DNA from: a virus
Taxonomy: Duplodnaviria; Caudoviricetes
Length of the DNA: 44,725 nt
Reading direction: 5' to 3' (one strand)
Virus record (IMG/VR): IMGVR_UViG_3300027921_000163
Span: 1-44,725 of that record
Shown here: one piece after another, positions 1 through 7,740 of the stretch
Layout of the letters: each line of letters starts with the position of its first letter
How positions within the stretch are numbered: the stretch's first letter is position 1
Notes under the pieces: generated by a model
What the model saw: only the letters and a program-made list of their open reading frames with translations
Told to the model about the DNA's origin: nothing
The model's database searches: none
Translations under genes and position numbers: made by a program

Positions 1-474
1 TCACCGCACCCGATCAAACACGCGGCCGAGGAACCAGAAGTTCAGCACTCCGGCCCATAACGCCTGATCGGCATCAGTCCAGGCATGAACCACCGCCACG
101 CTCCAAAGCGCCCCGCCGTTGATGGCTGCCGTGAATGCCGCCGTCTTGGCCGCGCAGTACAAGGCCATAAACCAGTAGGTGACCACCGGTCGCACGCTGG
201 ACGACAGCGCATCCGCCCAGGCCACGCCGGTTTTCTCACCCTGGGTGCGCACGGCCTCCTTCAGCGCCTCGATGGCCCCGGTGTTCCATGCTGCTTCGGC
301 ACTCGCGCCGATCTCGGCCATGCGCTGCGCCCCACGAATCTTCTCGAATTCCAGCGCCTTGTCCTGCATTGCCAGTTCGTGACCCCGTTCGCCCTTGCGA
401 TCCAGCCACTTCAGCACCTCGGGCGCAAGTCGAAACGCACCGCCCAGCAATCCGCCCAGCAAGGTCTCGATCAT
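1..474 (-). CDS. Putative holin / lysis-associated membrane protein
   Basis: Hydrophobic N-terminus, coiled coil, SVRPVVTY followed by TM-like segments and FWFLGR end; lies at the end of the late operon. Confidence 0.6.
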   Translation of the reverse strand: MIETLLGGLLGGAFRLAPEVLKWLDRKGERGHELAMQDKALEFEKIRGAQRMAEIGASAEAAWNTGAIEALKEAVRTQGEKTGVAWADALSSSVRPVVTYWFMALYCAAKTAAFTAAINGGALWSVAVVHAWTDADQALWAGVLNFWFLGRVFDRVR

Positions 475-764
475 GGCGCGCTCCCGAAGACCTTCAGTTT
501 CAAGACGGTTCCGGCGACAACTGCCAGCACCAGAGCGGTCACCAGCATCTTCACAATGGTCAGGCCAGCGGTCTTCTTGGCCTCGTTGAAAGCATCGAGC
601 AGATTGCGCAGTTCGCGGATGTCATGGGCGGCGTCTTCACCGTCCAGACCCACGCTATGCAGGGCGGATTTCGCGCCACGCGCGGCGGCGCATTCCAGCA
701 GTTTCTCCAGTTCATCCTGGGGCAGCGTCACAGCCTTGCGGCGTTCGATCAGGGGTTCAGTCAT
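471..764 (-). CDS. DUF6127-like phage membrane protein (lysis region)
   Basis: AARGAKSALHSVGLDGEDAAHDIRELRNLLDA pattern plus C-terminal TM; GGAGG RBS before ATG 764. Confidence 0.65.
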   Translation of the reverse strand: MTEPLIERRKAVTLPQDELEKLLECAAARGAKSALHSVGLDGEDAAHDIRELRNLLDAFNEAKKTAGLTIVKMLVTALVLAVVAGTVLKLKVFGSAP

Positions 765-787
765 GTTGCGGTCCTCCATAAACGCGA

Positions 788-808
788 AACCCGCCTCAAG
801 GGCGGGTT
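788..808 (-). terminator. Probable intrinsic terminator between tail and lysis genes
   Basis: AACCCGCC-tcaag-GGCGGGTT stem; on the minus strand followed by TCGCGTTTAT (imperfect U tract). Confidence 0.55.
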
Positions 809-832
809 CCAGGGATGGGAAATAAAGGGGGG

Positions 833-1084
833 TTACTGGGTGTTCAGTTGGGTGCCAGGCGGTTTGCCAGGGAAGGCGCCGTGGGGCCGCCTGGCATGGA
901 CGCCGGCATCCTTGTTGGTGTTCTGCCGCAGGTACTGGCGCATCGCCCGGGCACTGCGGCCCGGGTTGAAGCCGGACTGCTCCATGCTGTCGTGGGTGTC
1001 GATCAGCGCGACCAGGGTGTCCTTGTCCTCGCCTGCCGGCAGGCCATCGATGACCGGCTGCATGCGTTCCTTGAATGTGCTCAT
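833..1084 (-). CDS. Hypothetical protein (83 aa)
   Basis: GAAGGAG RBS, co-oriented, fills the gap. Confidence 0.6.
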   Translation of the reverse strand: MSTFKERMQPVIDGLPAGEDKDTLVALIDTHDSMEQSGFNPGRSARAMRQYLRQNTNKDAGVHARRPHGAFPGKPPGTQLNTQ

Positions 1085-1096
1085 GGGTTGTCTCCT

Positions 1097-1315
1097 TCAG
1101 ACGGGATAAATGTGTCGGGCCACCGGTGCCCGGGTGGCCATGCCGTGGCGGACCAGGACCCGGTCTCCGATGGCCAGTGCATCGAGGGAGCGCGCCGTCA
1201 CCGAGCCGCGCTCCGTAGCCACGCGCACCAGGGTGCCGTTGAACCCCACCACCGCGCCGACTAGGGTGGCGTCGGGGGCGATCAGTCGGGTGAGTTCCTG
1301 CAGCGGGAAGGTCAT
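1097..1315 (-). CDS. Small tail-tip associated protein (OB-like beta fold)
   Basis: ATGA overlap with upstream gene; LAIGDRVLVRHG beta pattern. Confidence 0.6.
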   Translation of the reverse strand: MTFPLQELTRLIAPDATLVGAVVGFNGTLVRVATERGSVTARSLDALAIGDRVLVRHGMATRAPVARHIYPV

Positions 1316-1608
1316 CGCGGTTGCTCCAGGTTGAGGCGGGTATCGATGGCCGCCTCGGTCACCGTGATCTGGATGCCGGTGACCTTGGCGCGATAGGCGC
1401 TGGCGGTGGACGGATCGGTGGCCTCGACGATCTGTCCGAGCCGCAACCCGGGCCGGAAGACCACTTCCAGTTCCACCTGGTTGAACGCATGCGCATGGGC
1501 ATCCATCTCGGCCACACCCCGCTGCAGCAAGGCCTCGTCCGACAGCAGCGGCTCGACGATGGGCGTACCTTCGCGCAATCCATCCCCACGATAGACCTCG
1601 AGGATCAT
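1312..1608 (-). CDS. Putative tail-tip/hub protein fragment
   Basis: PGLRLGQIVE...AKVTGIQI pattern resembles hub protein C-termini; ATGA overlaps. Confidence 0.55.
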   Translation of the reverse strand: MILEVYRGDGLREGTPIVEPLLSDEALLQRGVAEMDAHAHAFNQVELEVVFRPGLRLGQIVEATDPSTASAYRAKVTGIQITVTEAAIDTRLNLEQPR

Positions 1609-2114
1609 GTCGCGCTCCCCTTGATCAGGGCGAGGATGCTGAAATCGGTTTCCCCGTTAAGGGAAGCAGGCGAAGCCAGGGCATAGATCTGGGCCTGGGC
1701 CTCGTAGGTGACCTTGGCCACGCCCACGCCCTTCACGGCAGATTTCACCGTCACCTTGTCGGCCTGGAGGGTGAGGCTGCCCAAGCTGCGGCCATACCAG
1801 ACCGACGTGCCGATTCCCGCCCGGGCCGGCACGCTGAGACTGGCTGCATCGGTTTCCTCGAACATCAGTTCGTCGGTGACCGTCACGGTTGCGGTGCCCT
1901 GGGCGGAAAGTGAGCCCGCCGAACAGATCGTTTCGGTGATGCTGACGTTGTCCGATTTGTAGACGAGGATGTAGACCGTCTCGCCCGGGCTGAACGACGT
2001 TTTCCCGGCATTCAAACCCTGCGGCCGGGCATCCACTTCGGCGGATAGATGCCCCTCGCTGGCACCCTGGCCATCAGGGCTGCCGAACTGCACGCGGATG
2101 GTGGCATTGGCCAT
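1605..2114 (-). CDS. Virion structural protein, beta-rich (tail region)
   Basis: AAGGAG RBS; S/T/V-rich beta composition; tail cluster. Confidence 0.6.
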   Translation of the reverse strand: MANATIRVQFGSPDGQGASEGHLSAEVDARPQGLNAGKTSFSPGETVYILVYKSDNVSITETICSAGSLSAQGTATVTVTDELMFEETDAASLSVPARAGIGTSVWYGRSLGSLTLQADKVTVKSAVKGVGVAKVTYEAQAQIYALASPASLNGETDFSILALIKGSAT

Positions 2115-2125
2115 GAATCACTCCT

Positions 2126-3745
2126 TCAAGCGTCGACCAGGATGAACTGGACTTCCTCGGCGGCGGCGAGCGTGACGCGCCAGTTGAGGGAGGTGGTGGT
2201 GTAGGTGAGATCGAGCAGGCTGTAGCCGGGCACCACCGCAACCAGCGCCTGGCTGTCCGCCGTCACGGCCCCGAGATCGGTGTGCTGCCAGACTGCGCTG
2301 CCAATGGCGGTAACCGGATAGCGCGTGCTCGCCCGTCCTTCGATGAACTCGACGACCTCGGACTCGCTGCGCATCACCTCGCCCAAGGCGGCGATGACGG
2401 TCGCCGGATGCCCGGTGTGCGTGAGCAGCACAGGGCGCGTGGTCGCCAGGTAGGCCCGCACCGTGCCCTGATTGGCGTCATTGGCATCGGCGACATGCTC
2501 GATGCGATCGGCAGAACGCCCACTCGCCCCGTCCTCGTTGGCCAGAGTGACCCGGTTGTAGCCGCGCGCCGGTGCGATCTGGGCGCGGCTGGCCAGGACA
2601 TCGGCGTCGAACAACTGGTGAGCCACCGGCGCCTGTCCATAGTCGGGAATGCTCACCGGATGCCGACGGCGGCAGACCACAGTGCCGTCCGGATTGCTCT
2701 CGATGATTCCGCCAATGGCGGCGACCACGCTGCGCGCGGCCGCGAGCGGCGACACCCCTTCCATCAGCAGCCGACCGGCGGGGATCGTCCAGTCCGGCAA
2801 TTCCCAATCCACGTCGCCGATCAGTTCCTCGACCACCGTGTGCGCCGATACCGCCCCAGGCTGGTAGTAGCGGCTCGTTGCCGCGAAGGGGGCGTCCAGC
2901 AGCGCCAGCGGCGAGATGGCGGTCAATTCGCAACGCTGGCTGGTCTGGGATTCTCGCGACAGGGTCTTGCCGTCCACCACCAGTTCGAAGGTTTCAAGCC
3001 CAAGCTGCAGGGTGATGGGGTCGCCAATGGCGATGGCGGCAAAGTCCGCCACCTGGGCGATCTCGACCGTCGCGATCCACACCGGACTGCCCTCGTCGCA
3101 ACTCAGGGTGGCCTGGAGGATGCGAATCGTGCGCCCCTGCCAAACCAGTTCCGGCGTATTCATCACCGCCTGCAGGTGCTGATCAGCGAGCAACGACCAG
3201 GAGCTGGTCAGCCGCTTGGCGACCGGATTCACATCCGTCACGTCGAACCCAATCACATGCCGCGCGGCCACTGCCTGGGTCAGCCAGTAAGCGAAGCGCA
3301 TGGCCTTCCGGTAGACGCCAAGATCGGAATACGGTGCGATGTGCCGGCCTCGGAGCAGGACCACCTCGCCGTAGGGCAGCGTCACCCGCACACGGTGCTG
3401 GCGCGTCTCGCCGTAGAACATGGTGAATTGCAGCCGGTATAGCCGGGCATCGCCAAAAGGCATGACCATGTGCTGACGGTGCAGGCGCAAGTCGCCATAA
3501 AGCGCACGATGGCTCCGCTCCAGGCGCAGGCCGTAGGAAGCTCGATGCGTGCCGGCAAAGTGCAGCGTCCAGCCGGTTTCATGCCGCCATGCCTTGTTCC
3601 GGGTGAGATCCCACCGGGTGGCGTTGGCAACAAACACCTCCGTGGTGCCCCAGGCTGCCGAGAATCGGGCGCGTATCTTCGGCGGGCCGGCGTCTTTCGC
3701 GAGATTCAGTTGCAGGCCGAGGCCCAGCAACAAGCCAAAGGTCAT
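2126..3745 (-). CDS. Tail-tip protein with N-terminal 14-aa repeats and hub-like C-terminal half
   Basis: ATG 3745 overlaps upstream stop (ATGA); five 14-aa repeats; tail cluster. Confidence 0.65.
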   Translation of the reverse strand: MTFGLLLGLGLQLNLAKDAGPPKIRARFSAAWGTTEVFVANATRWDLTRNKAWRHETGWTLHFAGTHRASYGLRLERSHRALYGDLRLHRQHMVMPFGDARLYRLQFTMFYGETRQHRVRVTLPYGEVVLLRGRHIAPYSDLGVYRKAMRFAYWLTQAVAARHVIGFDVTDVNPVAKRLTSSWSLLADQHLQAVMNTPELVWQGRTIRILQATLSCDEGSPVWIATVEIAQVADFAAIAIGDPITLQLGLETFELVVDGKTLSRESQTSQRCELTAISPLALLDAPFAATSRYYQPGAVSAHTVVEELIGDVDWELPDWTIPAGRLLMEGVSPLAAARSVVAAIGGIIESNPDGTVVCRRRHPVSIPDYGQAPVAHQLFDADVLASRAQIAPARGYNRVTLANEDGASGRSADRIEHVADANDANQGTVRAYLATTRPVLLTHTGHPATVIAALGEVMRSESEVVEFIEGRASTRYPVTAIGSAVWQHTDLGAVTADSQALVAVVPGYSLLDLTYTTTSLNWRVTLAAAEEVQFILVDA

Positions 3746-4581
3746 AGCAGCGTGAAGCTGTCCGGAGCCGGTACCGCGAAGGGCTGACTCCACTGGTCGG
3801 TGATCAGGGCTATCCAGCCGGGGGCCACGACCTCCTCCAGTGCATAACCATCGGTCAACGCCAGGATTTCATTCAACTCGCCCAACACACAGGCGGTGAT
3901 GCCGCCATCCCGGTTGGGAAACTGCGGCACCGCCAGTTTGGGCAGCGGGGACGCGGGATGGCGCAACCCGTTGTTCGACCAGCCTTCGCCCAAAGGCGAC
4001 CAGGTGCCGGTCCAGGGCGTGGTATCGATATCGCCCCACACGTTGCGGGCATAGGCCGGCTCCCAATCGCCATAGGGATCCCACATGCCGTAGCGGGCGC
4101 ACAAGCCTTGGTGGGTGTCAGCGAGATAGCGTCGGCTGGTGGCCCCAGCCTGGCAGAACTTGAAGCGGTTGCCGTTGTTGTCCGAATATCCATCCGGACG
4201 GTCGATGCTGTAGAGCCACCAGCCGCCCGTCACGCCATTGGCGGCGAACCAGACAAGGGTCTCCGGCGCGTCGATTTCGCCGCCGCAAACAAAATACTGC
4301 CGGTGGATGGCATCGGGATCGTTGAAATCCACGCCATGCACGATGTGCGTCTGGATCGCGGCGCTCGTGGCGTCGCCCATCACCTCGAAGGCCCAGTGCG
4401 GCGTGTCATCGGTCTGCGTCGTTGCCCCGGCCTGGATGACTTCAAGGAAGGTGGGCGTGTCGAGTTTCACGCTGAAACCCGCCGTAACCAGCGTGCTCTT
4501 GAGCAGATCGAACAAGGCCAGCACGGCAGCGTTATCGAAGGCGCCGGGGGCATAGGTTTTCTTGAAACCGACCCAGGCCAT
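3742..4581 (-). CDS. Putative virion structural protein (MAWVGFKK..., 279 aa)
   Basis: Start reassigned to ATG 4581, TGATG-coupled to upstream gene; aromatic/Gly-rich. Confidence 0.65.
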   Translation of the reverse strand: MAWVGFKKTYAPGAFDNAAVLALFDLLKSTLVTAGFSVKLDTPTFLEVIQAGATTQTDDTPHWAFEVMGDATSAAIQTHIVHGVDFNDPDAIHRQYFVCGGEIDAPETLVWFAANGVTGGWWLYSIDRPDGYSDNNGNRFKFCQAGATSRRYLADTHQGLCARYGMWDPYGDWEPAYARNVWGDIDTTPWTGTWSPLGEGWSNNGLRHPASPLPKLAVPQFPNRDGGITACVLGELNEILALTDGYALEEVVAPGWIALITDQWSQPFAVPAPDSFTLL

Positions 4582-5588
4582 CACGCACTCTCCCCGTGAA
4601 TCGCCAGGGAGGCGAAGTCGTTGGCCAGGCTGAAGGTGCCGGCGGGCACCTGGCGGCGGTACCAGATGGCAATTGCCGCTGGATGCGTGTCGAAATGCAG
4701 GCTCTCGTTGGTCTGGAACGTGCCACTCCAGCCCGCCGCCTTGATCGTGAAATACGGCGTACCGGTGGCCGGATTCACCGGCGCGAAGTCGGCGCTGGTG
4801 GAACCCATGGCGGGCAGCATGCCGACCGTGTTGCCCGACACGTTGAACCCCTGCCCGGTGAAGGTCAGGGTCCAGGTCTGCTCGATCGCCCCCTTGTTGT
4901 GGGCGACGAGGTTGCCGACCGTGGCCGAATCGAAACTGCCGGCGGCACTGGTGAGTGCAAGGTTCGACCAGGCGCCCGCGACACTGGCCTGCTGGTAGAC
5001 CGTGCTCACCAGGGTGGGTTGGATCGCGTAGGCGTTGACCAGCGCGGGCGTGAAATCGAGGGTGGCGAAATCCGCCCCATAGGTGACACCAGACAGCGTC
5101 ACCCACTCCTCGTTGCCCGCGCCGCCAGTACTCGGGCGGTCGGACACCCGGACGAGGTCGCCGATCCGGAATGGCTGCAGGCTGGCATATTCGACGGTGT
5201 GTTCGCACACCACCTGAATCTGGCTCGCTCCGCCGACAATAGGCGCGAACAGCGTACCGATGCCATAAGCGCGACCCGCGATCTGGTCTTCGGTGTCGGT
5301 GGCGCTGCCAATCAGGAAGGTGACGAAATCCCCGGCCGGCGTCAGCGTATCCAGGAACAGCCGCACATTCAGCAGCGCCGCGTCCTGGGCACTGTTGATG
5401 TGGACGAAGGCCTTGCGCCACTTCACCGAACCCGCGATACGTTCGGATTGCGAGACGTCCGGGAAGAGATTGTTTTTCACGCCGGAGACCAGTTGCGCGA
5501 AGGCCATGCGGCCGCCGTTCTGTGCGGGCGTGGCGTCGGACAGCAAGGCGGCGGGCCGCCAGAGGATTTCGTTGTCGAGGATGGGCAT
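4581..5588 (-). CDS. Tail-tip structural protein
   Basis: NGGRM...SGVKNNLFPDVSQSERIAGSVKWRKAF N-terminus of the kind seen in proteobacterial siphovirus tail proteins. Confidence 0.65.
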   Translation of the reverse strand: MPILDNEILWRPAALLSDATPAQNGGRMAFAQLVSGVKNNLFPDVSQSERIAGSVKWRKAFVHINSAQDAALLNVRLFLDTLTPAGDFVTFLIGSATDTEDQIAGRAYGIGTLFAPIVGGASQIQVVCEHTVEYASLQPFRIGDLVRVSDRPSTGGAGNEEWVTLSGVTYGADFATLDFTPALVNAYAIQPTLVSTVYQQASVAGAWSNLALTSAAGSFDSATVGNLVAHNKGAIEQTWTLTFTGQGFNVSGNTVGMLPAMGSTSADFAPVNPATGTPYFTIKAAGWSGTFQTNESLHFDTHPAAIAIWYRRQVPAGTFSLANDFASLAIHGESA

Positions 5589-5596
5589 GGGAATTC

Positions 5597-5977
5597 CTAC
5601 ACGGTCATGAGTTTCAGGGTGGAAAGATAAAAATCGCCGGGCTGGGGGTGGGCGAGCGCCACCAGGGGCTTGGCCTCAAATGCGGGTGGCTCGTGGTGGC
5701 GGAACATCACCTGGAAGACCTGGCCGCGCAGTTCCAGGCTGAAGACGCCGCCGGGGCTGTCGGCCCGCAGCTTCAGCGCTTCCACCTGCGCTCGCGTGAA
5801 CCAGCCGGCATCCGGTTCCGACTCCAGGGTGATGGGCAGACCGCCGCTGTGCTGCCCGTAGAACACCACCACCGAGCCATCCAGGGTGCGGCGCACGGTC
5901 TGGGCCACTGCCTGGGCGGCAAATTCATCGGTCCACACCAGGCCATCAGGTAGCGCCACGTTATCGAGTCGGATCAT
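5597..5977 (-). CDS. Distal-tail (Dit)-like protein
   Basis: MIRLDNVALPDGLVWTDEF...RTLDGSVVV...GLPITL pattern; ATGA overlap at 5974-5977. Confidence 0.6.
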   Translation of the reverse strand: MIRLDNVALPDGLVWTDEFAAQAVAQTVRRTLDGSVVVFYGQHSGGLPITLESEPDAGWFTRAQVEALKLRADSPGGVFSLELRGQVFQVMFRHHEPPAFEAKPLVALAHPQPGDFYLSTLKLMTV

Positions 5978-7740
5978 GGCGACAGGGTCTGGGTGCGGTG
6001 CATCGGGCCCGGCACGGGGAGGTAATCGAAGTCGGTCCCATCCGCCTGGCGGTGCCGGTTGCTGGCTTCGTAGTAGAGGGTCAGTTCGACGTTCACCGTC
6101 GGCGGCGTATTTCCTGGCAGCTTCAGCGTGAATACGCGCGGCAAGTCGATATCCCCGGCGACGCACATGATCTGCTGGGTCTGCACCGTGCCGTTGGGCC
6201 AGGTCACGCGCACATAGCCCCAGACACAATCAAAGGCATCGCAGGGCGCGGCGTAGTCCAGCACGCGCATGGTCAGGGTGTGCAGCCAGCGCGGCGACAC
6301 GGTGAATGTGTCAGTGGCGCTCCAGCCGACGATGGCCACCCTGGCCTGGCTGTCGATATCCGGGCGGAATGCATCGCAGCCGTTCCAGGACACCGGCACC
6401 CGCAGGATGACGTGCGGAAACCAGCCCTGTGGCGGGTAGCCCACATCGACGCCACCGATCGGGATGAGGCGAATGTCCACATCCCGATCCCAGTGGTAGA
6501 CGTGGCGTTCCAGGGTGAGCCGCAACTTGATCGTCTCCGGCGTGGCCCCAGCCAGAACCGTGATGCCGATGACGCCGTCCGACTGAAACAGGCTGAAGTC
6601 CTGGATGCTGTCCGCAGCGAGTTCCACCTTTCCGACCAGGCATTCGGGCAAGGCCACGACCACTTCCTGCGTGACACCCAGCGCCGCTGGTCCCACCGCG
6701 ATCTCGGGCAGCACCTGATGTGGCGTGCCGGGACTGTTGAAGATGCGGTGCCGGGCGACGATGGGGCGCGAGTCGATGGTGCCGACGTGGTTGATCGAGA
6801 GCGTCATTGTGTCCAGCGCCTCGCCGCTGCCGGCCCGGATGCGCACCAGGGTGATAGTGGTGGGCAGCGCCCGGAAGATCAGATCTTCGAGGCAACCGGG
6901 CGGCACCAGAGCCCAATTGAACATGGGCGGCGGCGACGTCCACCAGGAGCAGCCGAGGTAATAACAATAGAAGTCGGTGTAGGCCGCGTTTGGGCTTATA
7001 GCGGACCAGGAATCCAGGACCGCGCCGTTGTTCGCCCACTCGGCGGTGAAATCCAGGCGGATGGACGCCACTTCCAGTTCAGTCTGCAGATCGTCGTAGA
7101 CCTGAACCTGGGCCGGGATCGGCAGGAAGCTGTGGCCGGTGATGCGCACCGCCCCCATCACCCCATCGGCGGTCAGTTGCAGATCCCGCAACGACAGCGG
7201 ATTGGCCGGATTCAGTAGGCTGTTCACCGGCTGCATCGCTTGCTCCAACGCATCCAGATCGTAGGTGGCGCTGGCGCCCCTCCAGAAGATCGAGCGTGGC
7301 ACGCTGACCGGTGGCGCATTCGGGTCGATGGGATGGCTGGGGGAATCGGGATCGAATGGGTCGCACGGCGGCGGCGTTCCACCTGTCGGGCTGAAATGCA
7401 CGTTGAGCTGAGTCGACAACGCCACAGCGGGCGGGCTTTCGCTGATTGCCGTCCGTGCGTCGAGTTTCGAAGCCACGCGAAGTTGCAGGCCGCTTGGCTT
7501 TTGCGTGTCGGTCACGCCGCCCAGCAGACAATCCTGGTATTCCCGCTCGGCCGTCTCCAGCGCTGCCCGATACGGTTCCTCCCATTTATCGATAAACCAG
7601 TTGCGCGCGTAGTCGGTCATCTCGCCGCCGTACTGGTTCAGGTACCCCGGAATCCACTCGAATCCGGGCGGCGTACAAGCTTGGGGGTGCGGTTCACGCC
7701 GGATACACGCTTTCAGGGAAATACGCACGCTCGCGTCCAT
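5974..7740 (-). CDS. Large hypothetical protein following the tape measure (588 aa, Cys/Pro-rich)
   Basis: Coupled at both ends (TGATG, ATGA); no family recognised. Confidence 0.65.
   Translation of the reverse strand: MDASVRISLKACIRREPHPQACTPPGFEWIPGYLNQYGGEMTDYARNWFIDKWEEPYRAALETAEREYQDCLLGGVTDTQKPSGLQLRVASKLDARTAISESPPAVALSTQLNVHFSPTGGTPPPCDPFDPDSPSHPIDPNAPPVSVPRSIFWRGASATYDLDALEQAMQPVNSLLNPANPLSLRDLQLTADGVMGAVRITGHSFLPIPAQVQVYDDLQTELEVASIRLDFTAEWANNGAVLDSWSAISPNAAYTDFYCYYLGCSWWTSPPPMFNWALVPPGCLEDLIFRALPTTITLVRIRAGSGEALDTMTLSINHVGTIDSRPIVARHRIFNSPGTPHQVLPEIAVGPAALGVTQEVVVALPECLVGKVELAADSIQDFSLFQSDGVIGITVLAGATPETIKLRLTLERHVYHWDRDVDIRLIPIGGVDVGYPPQGWFPHVILRVPVSWNGCDAFRPDIDSQARVAIVGWSATDTFTVSPRWLHTLTMRVLDYAAPCDAFDCVWGYVRVTWPNGTVQTQQIMCVAGDIDLPRVFTLKLPGNTPPTVNVELTLYYEASNRHRQADGTDFDYLPVPGPMHRTQTLSP

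Noticed and set aside
4582-5421. N-terminal half of the 559-aa ORF 3742-5421
   Set aside because: Out-of-frame overlap with gene 4581-5588; the coupled ATG at 4581 is the better start
2126-7740. Diversity-generating retroelement or invertible tail cassette
   Set aside because: No reverse transcriptase or invertase, and no TR/VR pair noticed by eye; a self dot-plot would confirm
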